Part shown: piece after piece, positions 35,944 to 50,254 of the stretch
Layout of the letters: each line of letters opens with the position of its first letter
Numbering within the stretch: position 1 is the first letter of the stretch
From: Felis catus
Lineage: Eukaryota
NCBI RefSeq assembly: GCF_018350175.1
Contig: NC_058369.1
Location: 17,362,001-17,426,000, forward strand
Length of the DNA: 64,000 bases
Reading direction: 5' to 3'
Position numbers and translations under genes: made by a program
Notes under the pieces: generated by a model
What the model was told of the DNA's origin: nothing
Seen by the model: only the letters and a program-made list of their open reading frames with translations
The model's database searches: none

Positions 35944-38749
35944 CCTACGTTAGAACATTTAATAGAAAAAATTCTTAGCCCCCAAAACCTCCTAGAATTC
36001 TCTCAATCTCACAAGTACAATTAAGCACAGAGTACAGAAAACTTAAGTGACTTGTGCACAGATTTGCCAATTATTTGTGTCTAAGCATCAACAATGTGCT
36101 AGATGCTCTTTCAAACATCTATGACAATGTTGTGAATGAACAAAAGTCACAGAAATATTATTGTTTTGTTATTCACGTGTAAAAGAAAGCTGTCTTTTGT
36201 TTCCCTGGCCTAGAAAATAGAGCCATACAGAGGTGATAATGAGCAATGATTAAGTGGATAACATTTCCGAAGAAGAAAAAAACAAGTAATACATAAATCC
36301 TGAAAAAGTATTTTGAGAACTGTTTTTGCAAGGTGACAGGTATTTCAGAAGTAATATGACACCAGTTTTATTTCCAGGTATTTGGCTCTTTAGATGTTTT
36401 ATGGGGTAATAAGAAGAAGATAAAAATATTCATGGAAACAAAACTGAATAGCGGTAAAATGGAAAAGAGAAAAGAGTACAGTATATCCACAAAAAAGGCC
36501 TAAAACCAATGAAAAATCCAGTGGCAACAAGCACCCCTAGCACCCACCCACGTTGTGAAGGGGAGGGAGGCTCTGAGAACTTACTGTTTCCAGGTCTGGG
36601 GCAGGAAATGTATGTCGGGAGAAAAAAGGCAACTTTTCCTACTCTGTGTTAAGTGTCATAAAGGTAGCCTGCTTGCTTACCCCCCATTTTTAAGTCGTGG
36701 GTAATTAGGGTAGGCATGTGAGAATTAAAAGAAATAAAAACACCACTGTCCAAAGAATTCCATTACATGTTGTAACCTATTCAACTGCCCTTTCTATTCT
36801 AGACGCAGGAAACTGGTTGATAACTTTCCACTGACTGGCCTAAGTAAGCCTGCTGGTAATCACACCCGGACCGCCACTGATAACTTCATGAATCTCACCC
36901 AATAACAAAATCAAACTTAAAGTTGGATATATAGTAAAACATGAAGATAATGAAGTCTAGGACCCTTCCATCACTTCTGAAGAAGTATTCAGAAGAAAAA
37001 AACATGTTATTTAGAATTTTCTCCAAGCAAAACACAAATATGAACCCAACCTATCATTTGGGCAAAACCCATGAGAGAAATAATCTATAAAAGTTAGACT
37101 CACAGTAAAGAAGCCCCCATTCACTGAGAACTCACTCACTGTCCCAGATTTCTACAAGACGAAATAAAGAAATTCTTTTCCTTTCTTCTTCAAGGTCTCC
37201 CAACAGCCACCTCTCCTTTTCCCACTTATTCTTAGCCAAATCTTCTACAAACAAGGTGGTATAAAAATAAAATTAGAAACTTATAATTTAGTTCTAATGT
37301 AATTATAAACTTTGTATTATTCTTTTTGAACAGGTTGATAAATATATGTGTACAAAACCCAAGTGGTCCAAAGGGATATACAGTAAAAATAAGGCTCCCT
37401 CCCACCTCTACACTCTAGCCAGCTACTTCTTCCCGGAGTAAACACTGTTACCAATTTCCAGACTAGTCTCCCTGAGTTAATGAACTTTTAATTACAGTAA
37501 TTTTAATTACAGTTATAGGTTATTCATATATTAAAAATATTAGGGGAAATTTAATTTTTATAAGCAAAATAGTTTCTAAAAAAACTTTCCTCTTCTAGGG
37601 TTAATGAAACACAGGTCAAGTCACCGAAGATGAAGAAGCACAAGAAAATCTACTGCTGCCACATCACGATGTTCACCCACCTAAGCTGAGGCCCAGGAGG
37701 TGGAAACAACGCACAACCAAAGGAAAAGAAAAAATGAAATCCAAAGGAAGACATGGCCCTCAAGGAGACAGGGAGGTAAGCACCGGCTCTCCTATGTCGG
37801 AGCATGTGAGGGAGAGATGCTGGGTTTAACAAGCAGGTAAGAATTCAACCAAAAAGTTTAATGATAGGCTAAAGGCTAAGTGAAGGGCTGTATGACAGTC
37901 TAGGGTCCCTAGCATCCACAGACACAAGGGAAGTTCAAACATCTGTACAGATGTTGCCCAGATGCTGGTAAGACTGGAGACGAAGTGGGAGAGTCTCCTT
38001 CTGCAGATCTGGGAGAAAGCCACCACTTAACTAGTGTAAAGTCCTGACCACCACCCCCAATCTTACCCTGCCCTTCTACCCCATGCAAACAAAAGCTGAG
38101 CTGCTTGGGGGAAGAAGTGTGTCAAACCCAGTCAGTCCCAGGGCCTGGGCTAAGGCAAACTGTAGCTGGGGAAAGAATTAGAGTTAAGAAGAAGATACCT
38201 TCTTCCCCTAGGGGAGCAGTAAGTCCTACCCAAGACCCTGCAGGATATCGTGAGAAGACCCTACCACCTGTAAGAGGGTATTACTGAGAAAGACTCAACC
38301 ATGCACACAGGATCACACCTGAACGAGGACCAAAACCAGAGATATCAACAGTCCTGTCTACTTCCAGGCTAGGACTTTTCTGGGAGGGGCAAGCGCATGG
38401 AGAAACAGCCTTCCAGCCTTTCGGGGCGCAGGTGTCACAGGGACACCAAAAGCTAAGAGTGGAACAAGAACACTGAGAAAAACCTTTCAGCACCCCACTC
38501 CCCACTCTAAGCACAAGGAATGGAGGAATCTCAAGCCAGTAATACACTGAAGATAATCATAGTAACAACAAAACCCAAACCTAGTTCAACTCTATCCTAA
38601 ATGGACTCAGTGCTGTGTATTAATTACCTAGTGAAAGAAGAGACATGCCCACTTCCAGGCATAAAGATTGTTTTCTCTCAGTGACTACAGTTTTACATGT
38701 GAAGTCCAGCATTCACTCAAAAATTAAGAGACACATAAAAAATACAAAA

Positions 38750-38812
38750 AAATAAAATAAAATAAAATAAAATAAAATAAAATAAAATAAAATAAAATAA
38801 AATAAAATAAAA
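38750..38812. repeat. (AAAAT)n pentanucleotide repeat
   Basis: About 12 units. Confidence 0.9.
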
Positions 38813-39065
38813 CAAAACATTGTCAAGAGACAAAACAATCAGACTGAGAAATGACCCAGATGACCCAGATGTTGACCCAGATGATCCAAACTATCAGACA
38901 AGAGATTTAAAATAATAATGAATACTGTTAAGGTCTACAGTGGAAAAGATAGAAATATGCATGAACATATGGGGAACTTCAGCAGAGACATAGAAACTAT
39001 AAGAAAGAGTCAAACAGAAATGCTAAAAATTATAACCAGAAAGAAATTAAAGAATGCCACTGATT

Positions 39066-41675
39066 GGGCTCCTGGGTGGCTCAGTCGGTTAAGGGTCCGA
39101 CTCTTGGTTTCGGCTCAGGTCATGATCTCACGGCTTCCTAAATTCAGATTCATTCTCTCTCTCTCTCTCTGCCCCTCCTCAGCTTGTGCTGTCTCGTGTT
39201 CCTCTTAAAAATAAATAAACTAAAAAAAAAAAAAAAAAAAAAAATGCCACTGAGGGCTCATCATGAGATTCAATGCAACCAGGGCCAGTGGGAGGGGTGG
39301 GGGAATCAGGAAAGTTGAAAATAGGTCAAAAGAAAGTACTCAAATGAGACACAAAGAGAAAACAAAGGAGAAAAAAAAACAAGAGCATCCAAGAGCTGTG
39401 AGGCAATACCCAAAAATCTAAGAAAAATGTCATTGGAATCCCAGGAGAAAAGAGAAAGAATGAGGCAAAGTAATTTAAAAGATAAATACTCAAAAAATTT
39501 CCAAACTTCATGAACCACATCAAAGCACAGATCAAGCTCAGAGAACCCCAAGCAGAACAAATACCAAGATAGCACCGAAATACAACATATTCCAACTGCT
39601 AAAAAACAAAGATAAAGATAAAATCTTGAAGGCAGCCAGAGGGGAAAAAGGGGAACAAAATCAAGATTAAAAAAGATTTCTCAGAAACTATCCAAGCAGG
39701 AAGACTAACTTTCCTAAATAAAAGAAAGAAGTCACAAAGAATATGATACCTTGGAAAGTTATCTTCCAAAATTGAAGGCTGGTTTTTCATAAACTAAGGC
39801 TGAAATAATTCACTGCTAAAAGACCTGTGTTAAAAAGAAATGTTAATGGAATTCTTTCAGGAAGTGTGGTGTTAGATAGAAATCTGGATCTATACAAAGA
39901 AATAAAGAATGCCCCTAATGGTAAAAATTAGAGTAACTATAAAAGGTTATTTGCCATATATTTTTTTAATGTTTTTATTCATTTTTGAGACAAAGAGACA
40001 CAGAGCATGAGCAGGGGAGGGGCAGAGAGAGAGGGAGACACAGAATCTGAAGCTGGATCCAGGCTCTGAGCTGTCAGCACAGAGCCCGAGGCGGGGCTCA
40101 AACTCACAGACTGTGAGATCGTCACCTGAGCTGAAGTTGAACACTCAACCGACTGAGCCACCCAGGCACCCCTCCCATATTTTTAATCTAAAAAATAACT
40201 GACAATCTACAGCAAAAAGAGTAACAAAGTACGTTATTAACGTATGTAAAATTAGGTATATGACAGTAAAAGAAAAAAATGAAAGAGGAATTGGACATTT
40301 ACTGTTTTGCATGGAATTTTACTCTATATATGAAATGGTTCAATATTACTGGAAGGCAAATTAGAAGAAGTTGAAGATATACACTGTAAACAGTATGTCA
40401 AAAATAAAATAAATTTTAAAAGAAATATACATAATAAGCCAATATTGAAGTTAAAAACATAATCATGGGGAGCCGGGGTGGTTTAGTCGGTTAAGCGTCT
40501 GACTTCGGCTCAGGTCATGATCTCACAGTCCGTGAGTTCGAGCCCCACGTCAGGCTCTGTGCTGACAGCTCAGAGCCCGGAGCCTGCTTCAGATTCTGTG
40601 TCTCCCTCTCTCTCTGCTCCTCCCCTGCTCATGCTGTCTCTCTCTGTCTCAAAAATAAATAAAAACATTAAAAAAAAATTAAAATCACAATCATAAAAAA
40701 CATTCAATTAATCCAAAAGCAGATAGAAAAACATAAGAACAGATAGAAGAAATAGAAAGCAACTATCAAAATGACAGATTTAAATCCAACCATACCAATA
40801 ATAACATTAAATATAGTCTAAAATACCAATGAAAAGACAGAGATCCTCAGACCAGCTAGAAAAGCAAGATCCATCTATATTCCATCTACAAGAAATCCAT
40901 TTTTATTAAATATTAATAAAGAATGCTCTGAAAGTCAAAGGATATATGGAAGTGCTGAATCACTATACTGTACATTTGAAACAAATATAACCCTGTATGT
41001 CAACTACACTGTGCACATGACAACAGATCTTCAAAATACATGAGATAAAAACTGGCAGAATAGAAGGGAAAAAGAAACAAATCCATAAAACTCTGTGGAG
41101 ACCTCAACATCTCTCCCTCTCAGAGACCATTACAAGTAGATATAAAGTCAGTAAAGATACAGAAAACCTAAACAACCCTATCAACCAACTAGACTTAATT
41201 GGCATAAAAAGAGTACTCCACACAATAACAGCATCATATTATTTCAAGTGCTCACAGAACACTGACCATGACAGGTCGTACTGTGGACCATAAAACAAAC
41301 CATGACAAACTGAAATGAACTGAAATTTCAAAGGATGTCTTCTGACCACAACAGAATTAAACTAAAAATCAATTATTGTGAGATATCAGGAAAATCTCCA
41401 AATATTGAGAAATTAACATATTTCTAAATAACCCATGGCTCAAATGGAATCCACAAGGGAAATTAGAAATTTTTATTTTTCTTAACATTTATTCATTTTT
41501 TGAGAGACAGTGCCAGTGGGGGAGGGACAGAAAGAGGAAGACACAAAATCCAAAGCATACTCCAGGCTCTGAGCTGTCAGCACAGAGCCCGACGCAGGGC
41601 TCAAACTCACAAACTGTGATATCATGACCTGAGCCGAAGTCGGACACTTAACTGACTGAGCCACCCAGGAGCCCC
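39066..41675. mobile_element. CanSINEs inside the old L1 (+39066-39244, -39960-40172, +40467-40685, -41470-41675)
   Basis: Consensus heads, tails and TSDs. Confidence 0.88.
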
Positions 41676-41687
41676 AGAAATTTTTTT

Positions 41688-41724
<37 letters not shown>

Positions 41725-41725
<1 letters not shown>

Positions 41726-44115
41726 ATCTATTTGCAAATCAATGTGATATACCACATTAATAAAAGAAAGGATTACAACTGTATGATCCTTTCGATAAAT
41801 ACAGAAAAAGTATTTGACAAAGTACAACATCCTTTCTTGATAAAAACCCTCAAGAAAGTAGAGACAGAAGGAACATACCTCAACATCCTAAAGGCCATAT
41901 ATAGGAAAGGCCCACAGCTAATATCATCTTCAATGGGGAAAAACTGAGAGCTTTCCCCCTAAGGTCAAGAACATGACAGGGATGTCCACTCTCACCACTG
42001 CTCTTCAACATAGTATTGCAAGTCCTGGTCTCAGAAATCAGACAACAAAAAGAAATAAAAAGCATCCAAATTGGCAAAGAAGTCAAACTTCCACTCTTCA
42101 CAGATAACATGGCACTACATGGGAAACCTGAAAGACTTCACAAAAAAAATATGTGAATTCAGCAAAGTCGAAGTTATAAAATCAACATAGAAATCAGTTG
42201 CATTTCTATATATCAATAATGAAGCAGCAGAAAAAGAAATCAAGGAATAGACCCCATTTACAATTGCCCCCAAACCCTTAAGATTCCTAGGATAAATCTA
42301 ACCAAAGAGATAAAAGATCTGTATGCTGAAAACTATACAAAGCTTATGAAAGAAATTAAAGAAGACACAAAGAAATGGAAAAACATTCCATGCTCATGGA
42401 TTGGAAGAACAAAAATACTGTTAAAACGTCTATACTACCCAAAGCAATCTACATACTCAATGCAATCTCTACCAAAGTAATAACCACATTCTTCACAGAG
42501 CTAAAACAAACAATCCTAAAATTTGTATGGAACCAGAAAAGACCCCGAATAGCCAAAGTAATGTTGAAAAAGAAAACCAAAGCTGGAAGCATCACAATTC
42601 CAGACTTCAAGCTGTATTACAAAGCTGTAATCATCAAGACAGTATGGTACTGGCACAAACACAGACACTTAGATCACTGATACAGAATAGAGAACCCAGA
42701 AATGGACCCACAAATGTATGGCCAACTAACCTTTGACAAACCAGGAAAGAGTATCCAATGGAAAAAAGACAGTCTCTTCAGTAAATGGTGATGGGAAAAC
42801 TGGACAGTGACAAATGTTAAGAATGAAACTGGACCACTTTCTTACACCATACACAAAAACAAATTCAAAATACATAAAAGACCTAAAGGTGAGACAGGAA
42901 ACCATCAAAATCCTAGAGGAGAAAAAAGCAAGCAACCTCTTTAACCTCAGCCACAGCAACTTCTTACTTGACATGTCTCCAGAGGCGAGGGGAATAAAAA
43001 GAAAAATCAACTATTGGAACCTCATCAAGATAAAAATCTTCTGCACAGAGAAGGAAATAATCAACAAAACTAAAAGGCAACCAACAGAACAGGAGAAGAT
43101 ACTTGCAAATGACATACTGGATAGCGGGTTAATATCCAAAATCTATAAAGAATTTACCAAACCTAACACCCAAAAAAACCAAATAATCCAGTGAAGAAAT
43201 GGGCAGAAGACATGTATAGACAGACACCTTTCCAAAGAAGACAAGGCTAACAGACACATGAAAAAATGCTCAAGAGGGGCGCCTAGGTGGCTCAGTCGGT
43301 TAATCGTCCAACTTCGGCTCAGCTCATGATCTCACAATTCATGGATTCAAGCCCCACATTGGGCTCTGTACCGACAGCTCAGAGCCTGAAGCCTGCTTTG
43401 GATTCTGTGTCTCCCTCTGTCTTTCTGCCCCTCCCCTGCTCCCACTCTGTCTCTCTCTAAAACAAATAAACGTTGGGGCACCTGGGTGGCTCAGTCGGTT
43501 AAACGTCCGACTTCGGCTCAGGTCATGATCTCGCGGTCCGTGAGTTCGAGCCCTGCATCGGGCTCTGTGCTGACAGCTCAGAGCCTGAAGCCTGTTTCAG
43601 AATCTGACCCCCTGACCCTCTCTCTGACCCTCCCCCATTCATGCTCTGTCTCTCTGTCTCAAACATAAACATTAAAAAAATTTTTTTAATAAAATAAATG
43701 AACATTAAAAAAATTTTTTTAATAGTAAAAAAACAAAAAAAGAAAAGAAAAAATGCTCAATATCACTCATCAGAGAATACAAATCAAAACCACAATGAGA
43801 TACCACCTCACACCTGTCAGAATGACTAAAATTAACAACTCAGACAACAACAGATGTTGGCAAGGATCCGGAGAAAGGGGAACCCTTCTGCACTGCTGGT
43901 GGATATGCAAACTGGTGCAGTCACTCTGGAAAACAGTAGGGAGGTTCCTCAAAAAATTAAAAAATAGAATTACCCTACAACTCAGCAATTGCACTACTAG
44001 GTATTTATCAAAACGATACTGTAGTGCTATCAACAATAGCCAAATTATGGAAAAAGTCCAAATGTCCACTGAGTGCTGAGTGGAGATCCATAGATTGAAA
44101 GATAGATAGATAGAT

Positions 44116-44157
<42 letters not shown>

Positions 44158-44570
44158 CAGATATGGTAATCAAAAAGAATGAAATCTTGCTATTTGCAAC
44201 AAAGTGGATAGAACTAGAGTGTATTCACTAGTCAGAGAAAGACAAATATATGATTTTACTCATATGTGGAATTAAACAAAACAGATGAACATAGGGAAAG
44301 GGAAGGAAAAATAAGATAAAAACAGAGACTGGTAAACCATGAGAGATGCTTACATACAGAGAACAAACTGAGGGTTGCTGCTGGAGGGGAGGTGGGTGGG
44401 GGGATGGGCTAAATGTGTGATGGGCATTAAGGAGGGCACTTGTTGGGATGAGCACTGTGTGTTATATATTAAGTGATGAATCACAGGGTTTCTACTCCTG
44501 AAACCGATACTACACTGTATGTTAACTAACACATTTAAATAAAATTTTTAAAAAATAAATTTAAAAAATT

Positions 44571-44575
<5 letters not shown>
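41725..44575 (+). mobile_element. Younger 5'-truncated carnivore/felid L1 (RT to 3' end) nested in an antisense SINE; contains tandem SINEs (43276-43745) and (GATA)n (44095-44160)
   Basis: ORFs 41732-41947, 42375-42680 and 42814-43194 are L1 ORF2 pieces ([34 protein letters not shown]); the SINE pair has TSD aaaaaatgctcaa. Confidence 0.92.
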
Positions 44576-44611
<36 letters not shown>

Positions 44612-44811
44612 ACAGGGAAGAGGAGCAGAGGGAGAGAATCTCAACCAGGCTCCATGCTCAGCACAGAGCAGAGTCAGATGCAGGGCTTGATCCCATGACC
44701 CTGGGATCATGACCTGAGCAGATATCAAGAGTTGGACACTCAAATGACCGCGCCAGGCAGGTACCCTGAAAATATTTTGAAATGAATAAAAATTAAAAAC
44801 AGAACACACCA

Positions 44812-46097
44812 GAGGCACCTGGATGGTTCAGTTGGTTAAGCGTCTGACTTCGACTCAAGTTATGATCTCATGGTTAAGTGAGTTCAAGCCCCGTGTCGGG
44901 CTCTGCACTGACAGCTCTGAGCTTGGAGCCTGCTTTGGATTCTGTGTCTCCCTCTCTCTCCCTGCCCCTGTCCTATGCGCGCACGTGCTCTCTCTCTCAA
45001 AAATAAATAAACTTAAATAACACACCAGTCTATGAGGCACATATAAAACCATGATTAGAGGGAAATTTGTAACATTCAAAAGCTTATTTTAAGTGGTTGC
45101 CAGAGGTGGAGGTGGAGGTGAGCAAAATGGGTGAAGGTAGATAAAAGGTACAAACTTCTAGTTACAAAATAAGAAAGTCCTGGGAACATAATGTACAGCA
45201 TGGTAATAACTACAGTTAATAATACTGTACTGTATACTTGAATATTCCTATGAGAGTGGATCTTAAAAGTTCTCATCACAAGGAAAAAAATTGTTAATTA
45301 TGTATGGTGATGAATGTTAATTAGACGTATTGTGGTAGTTATCTCACAATATACACAAATAGTAAATCATTATGTTGTACACCTTAAATATAATATTTTG
45401 TGTCAATATGAAAAGAAATGTTTAAAATTAATGATCTAAGCTGCCACCTTAAAAAAACAGAAAATGAGGGGCACCTGGGTGGCTCAGTCGGTTAAGCGTC
45501 CGTCTGACTTCAGCTCGGGTCATGATCTCACAGTCCATGAGTTCGAGCCCCACATCAGGCTCTGTGCTAACAGCGTGGAGCCTGGAGCCTGCTTCAGATT
45601 CTGTGTCTCCCTCTCTCTGACCCTCCCCTGCTCATTGCTGTCTCTCTCTCAAAAATAAATAAAAACATTTAAAAAAAATTAAAAAAAAACAGGAAATGAG
45701 CAAATCAACTCAAAGTAAGCAAAAGGAAGGAAATATTAGAGATATGAGCAGAAATTGAAAATAGAAAAATAGAAAAAAAAATCTACAACACCAAAAGCTA
45801 CATCTTTAAAAACATTAGTAATTGATAAACCTCTATCCAGACTCAATTAAAAAAAAAAAAGAGAGAGAGAGAGAGAGGACACAAATTACCAATATAATGA
45901 ATGAAAGAAGGGGTATGACAACAGATCCTACCGAAATTAGGAGAATCAGGTAATAGTACAATTCTATCTCCAACAATCTGACAACTTAGAGGAAATGTAC
46001 CAATTCCCTGAAAGATACAACCTACCAAAGCTGGCTTGAGAAGAAACAGATAACCTGAACAGTTCTAGATCTCTTAAAGAAATTGAATTCCTAATTA

Positions 46098-46129
<32 letters not shown>

Positions 46130-47080
46130 ACCTGACCCAGAAAACTCCAGGTCCAGATGGTTTCACTGACCAAGTCTATCCAACATTAAAGACAAAAACA
46201 TCAATTCTACATGAACAACTCTAGAAAACAGGAGGGAACATTTCCCAACTCATTTTATGATGCTAGAATGACCTCAATTCTAAAATCAGAAAAAGGCATC
46301 ACAAAAAAACTACAGACCAATATCCCACATGAACAAAAATGCAAAACTCCTCAACCAAAGGGTACCTGGGTGGCTCAGTTGGTTAAACGTGCGACCCTTG
46401 ATTTGGGCTCATGTCATGATCTCACAGTTCAGTTCATGAGATCAAGCCACACGTCAGGTCCCATGCTAACAACACGAAGCCTGCTTGGGATTCTCCCTCT
46501 CCCTCTCCCTGCCTCTCTCTCTCAAAAAACAAAACAAACAAACAAAAAAATCTCAACCAGATAGTAGCAAATCTGATCCAGCAATATATAAAAGCAGCAA
46601 ACCTCTTTTTAAAAGATTTAATCCATGGTTTAATCCTTACCTGGCATTACACCCAAAGACAAGTGGTATTTGATTCCATTCTAAATTTAGTCTTGATGTA
46701 AATACAGAATTTTGTTTATCTGACTTTTTACAAAGCTACTTTCAAAGTCAAGGCACAGCAGACCATTTAATTCAGGAAAGTAGGCAGATTATACAGTAGC
46801 TGAGACCTTACAGAAGAAACCTTTGGGTTAAGAGTAATCTACAGTCGGGGCACCTGGGTGGCTCAGTCAGTTAAGCATCTGACTTCAGCTCAGGTCATGA
46901 TCTCGTGGTCTGTGAGGTCGAGCCCCGCGTCGGGCTCTGTGCTGACAGCTCAGAGCCTGGAGCCTGTTTCGGATTCTGTGTCTCCCTCTCTCTCTGACCC
47001 TCCCCTGTTCATGCTGTCTCTCCCTGTCTCAAAAATAAAATAAACGTTAAAAAAAATTTTTTTTTTTAATGAAAAAAAAA
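44812..47080 (+). mobile_element. CanSINEs (44812-45018, 45467-45690, 46360-46550, 46847-47080) and an L1 3' fragment (~45092-45410)
   Basis: TSDs such as aacacaccag and agtaatctacagtc. Confidence 0.85.
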
Positions 47081-47284
47081 AGTAATCTACAGTCTCATGA
47101 ACACACACTCAACTAAAAGGTAACGAACCTACGTCTTTGGTTTCTAATGAAAGAAATTTAGATAAGGAGAAAAGTGACTATCCTATACTAAAAAAGTCAG
47201 CTCAGTTTCCTCAAGGTTTCTAAGATTATGACCTACAGCGTCATCCCTAATCTGCTTTCTGAGCAGCTTGGTTTAATTACTTAC

Positions 47285-47507
47285 CTTCAACCTGGCTAGT
47301 ATCTGAGCATGGTTTCTTCTTCGACTCCGAATTGCCGGTTTTCTCATCAACATCCAGTAGAGGAATATAGTCTGTTTTTCCAACAGTTTCTCCCACAACA
47401 TCATCAAAGGCCTCTGCCTCCAGTGTGGCAATGAAGTCCCGTTTTATCTCTTCCTCAATTTCTGGAGGTGGGTCTGTTAATGCATCTGCAAGACTGAGGT
47501 CAGCCAT
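47285..47507 (-). CDS. MAP4: MAP4 first coding exon, CDS part (exon 47285-47526 including 19 nt of 5' UTR): [74 protein letters not shown]
   Basis: Acceptor ccctcctttaccag|G at 47527/47526; ATG at 47507-47505 in strong Kozak context (AGAATGG); donor GAAG|gtaagt at 47285/47284; 223 coding nt, phase 1; protein matches the known mammalian MAP4 N-terminus. Confidence 0.97.
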
Positions 47508-48420
47508 TCTGCACCACTGCAACTGCCTGGTAAAGGAGGGAAAAATGTTTCATCAGATGAGCACTGTGCAAAGGAAAAAACATCCCTAGAAACTCTTCTC
47601 AGTTGTTCTAAACAAAAAAAGAATTAAAATCCAAAATGTTAGAGCTAAAAGAGACTCCCTCATTTGACAGATTAGAAAATTAAAGCTCAGTTAACCAACA
47701 GTCTTACCCAAAGTAAACACTCTCTTTTCACATAGCTGGGAGGTAAACAGAGCCAAGTGCCATTTTGTCCTTTTCATTAATAAGAAAAAATAAAGTGTAA
47801 AAAAACAAACAAACAAAAAACACCAATGTATCCAAAGTTCAAATCAGGTCTTTTGATTTCAAGTCTCATAAACTTTTTAATTATTCTATATATCTTCATT
47901 TCCAAATCATGTCCTAGAATAATTCTTAAATGAATATACAAAAGGAGGTCAGATTACATTATATTCCCATGAAAAAAGTTACATTACTATCAGGCAAAAG
48001 AAGTCACCTCTCCTGACTAAAGACTGTGAGTATGGGCCCTATCTTGTTGAGGTTAAATACTGTTTCTTCATGAATCTCTTGTAGCTAGGCTAGCTCCATC
48101 CACCAAAACCATGCCTAGCCCTGCTGGCATAAAAATACAGACCTGTTCCCTGATTAGTTAGGGGCGCAGTCCCTCTTTGTGGCCATGTACATCACCACCT
48201 TTACAGAACATCAGGCTCTCAATTTTTAAACGTAACCTGACGTTAAGAAGTATAACCTACTAAAGGCAAAATTGTTAGGTGAAGAGCTGAAAAAATACAA
48301 ATGGTGTAGTAAAAGTGCCAAAGGGCCTGCATAAATGGAGTTCCTAGTACATACACAGCACAGTGGGAAATTAAAAAAAAATGTGCAGGGTACTATCTGT
48401 CCTTCAAAAAGTCTAACTTT

Positions 48421-50206
48421 GGGGTGCCTGGGTGGCTCAATTGGTTAAGTGTTGGACTTCAGCTCAGGTCATGATCTCACGGTTTGTGAATTCAAGCCCC
48501 ACGTCAATTCAAGCCCCACATCAGGCTCTGTGCTGACATATCGGAGCCTGGAGCCTGCTTTGGATTCTATGTCTCCTTCTCTCTCTGTCCTCCCCCCAAC
48601 TCTGTTTTCTTTCTTTCTCTTTCTCTCTCTCTCAAAAATAAACAAACATTTAAAAAAAAAAGTCTAACTTAACAGACTCTCCAAGAGACTCATGAAGATA
48701 AATGAACATATGAGCTTTTGTGACCAGGTAAAGGTAAATCAAATAGAAATAATAGCTATTGCTTCTGTCTGCCCAGAAATCTATTCTTCCTTATCTTCCC
48801 CCATATACACCAATGGTCACCCTAGTGGTGTTGGGCACATGACCAGGCAGACATGAAACATGACTGCATCCTGGATGGAAGATTCACCAAGTGGCAGCTG
48901 TTCAGTTGCCCTGGTTGTCTTCTTTCTTAAGTCTGAGTGAGCAACCTTCCAATTTTTTTTCATCTAATTTAGTCAGCCTATCGCTTGCAACCAAAGAATC
49001 TCAACTAATACATATATATAGTCTTTCCTCAACCCAAATTTTAAAAGGCCAAATTTTACTATGATTTAAGCTACTTTTTTTCCCCGTTTATTCATTTTTG
49101 AGAGACAAGAGAAAGACAGATAGTGAGCGGGGTAGAGGCAGAGAGAGAGGGAGACACAGAATCCAAAGCAGGCTCCAGGCGCTGAGCTGTCAGGACAAGG
49201 CCTGATGCGGGGCTCAAACTCACAAACTGTGAGATCATGACCTGAGCCGAAGTTGGACACTTAACTGACTGAGCCACCCAGGCACCCCGATTTAAGCCAC
49301 TGTTAAAGACTCTCTTTTAAAACTGTCTGTCCTCCACTGTCTTCCTCTCTCCAACTAAATTTACTAAGGAAAAAGAAATACCCACCAGAAGTACAGTCAT
49401 TCTATCTTCATCTTTGTGTTCTACACACAAGTTCCTATCATAGTCATCAGTAGGGAGTAGCGCCCATATAACCCATTTACAACACAGGAACATGGATGGG
49501 CAGTCCTACTCTCTATGCCACCCAGCTACTTTACATATAAAGTGTTATTGTCACTCCAGATGCCACCAGGAAAAATGCAAAAAATGACTCATTAAAGAAC
49601 TTTTAAAAAGCCTGACAAATTTAATGTCAATAAATTCCATAAAAAGTAAATGTTTTTCCCTTTTCTATGATGACTATTATTACCAGTTAGCATTTGAAAC
49701 CTATTATGAACCAAAAATAATAAAGGATGTCTGTAATTAAACAGTTTCATGGTCAAACAGCACTTGAAAGGACATCTGTACCATCCTTAACAACAGCTTT
49801 ATTTGTTTCCATAATATACACATATGATACCTTTTTCATATAATCCACTCAAACTTCCTAACTCAGGACACAGGTAAAAATAGAGACAAAAATCAACAGT
49901 ATCTTTTAAATGTCATTTATCTGAGTGCATATTCTCAAAGGGCAGCTCTTTATCCACTGTAATGTTCCCCTGTTCACCCCCACCCTCAACCTCCCAAACT
50001 ACTACCTGGGCTGACATGCGGTTCATGGAATACGAAGAGCAGCTTAAATTCAGCCTAAGAAGGTAAAACTGACAGAAAATGAGACAGCTGGAAAGCAGGA
50101 AGGTCATTTGGCTCTGAGTGTATCTAGCCAACCACCCAAGCATCTGTATCTCAACACAGTTTAGCTATTCCTTTCTTGTCACTACATATAAATAGAAGTG
50201 TGATTT

Positions 50207-50254
<48 letters not shown>

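Larger units (their letters stand above)
37600..46600 (+). mobile_element. Long old L1 (5' UTR, ORF1 ~38900-39860, ORF2 N-half) fragmented by many later insertions
   Basis: ORF1-like and EN-like sequence resumes colinearly after each insertion (41400-41470, 44770-44810, 45020-45090, 45410-46600). Confidence 0.8.

Noticed and set aside
41725..44575. Active L1 or intact reverse transcriptase
   Set aside because: 5'-truncated, multiple frameshifts and stops, interrupted by SINEs.
47277..47522. ORF-track protein [10 protein letters not shown]...EGK as a single-exon gene
   Set aside because: The track starts at a TTG in the 5' UTR and runs past the splice donor; the real CDS part is 47285-47507.
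48890..48900. Second CTCF-like motif (ttcaccaagtggcagc)
   Set aside because: Mismatches at core positions and lies in a probable old repeat.
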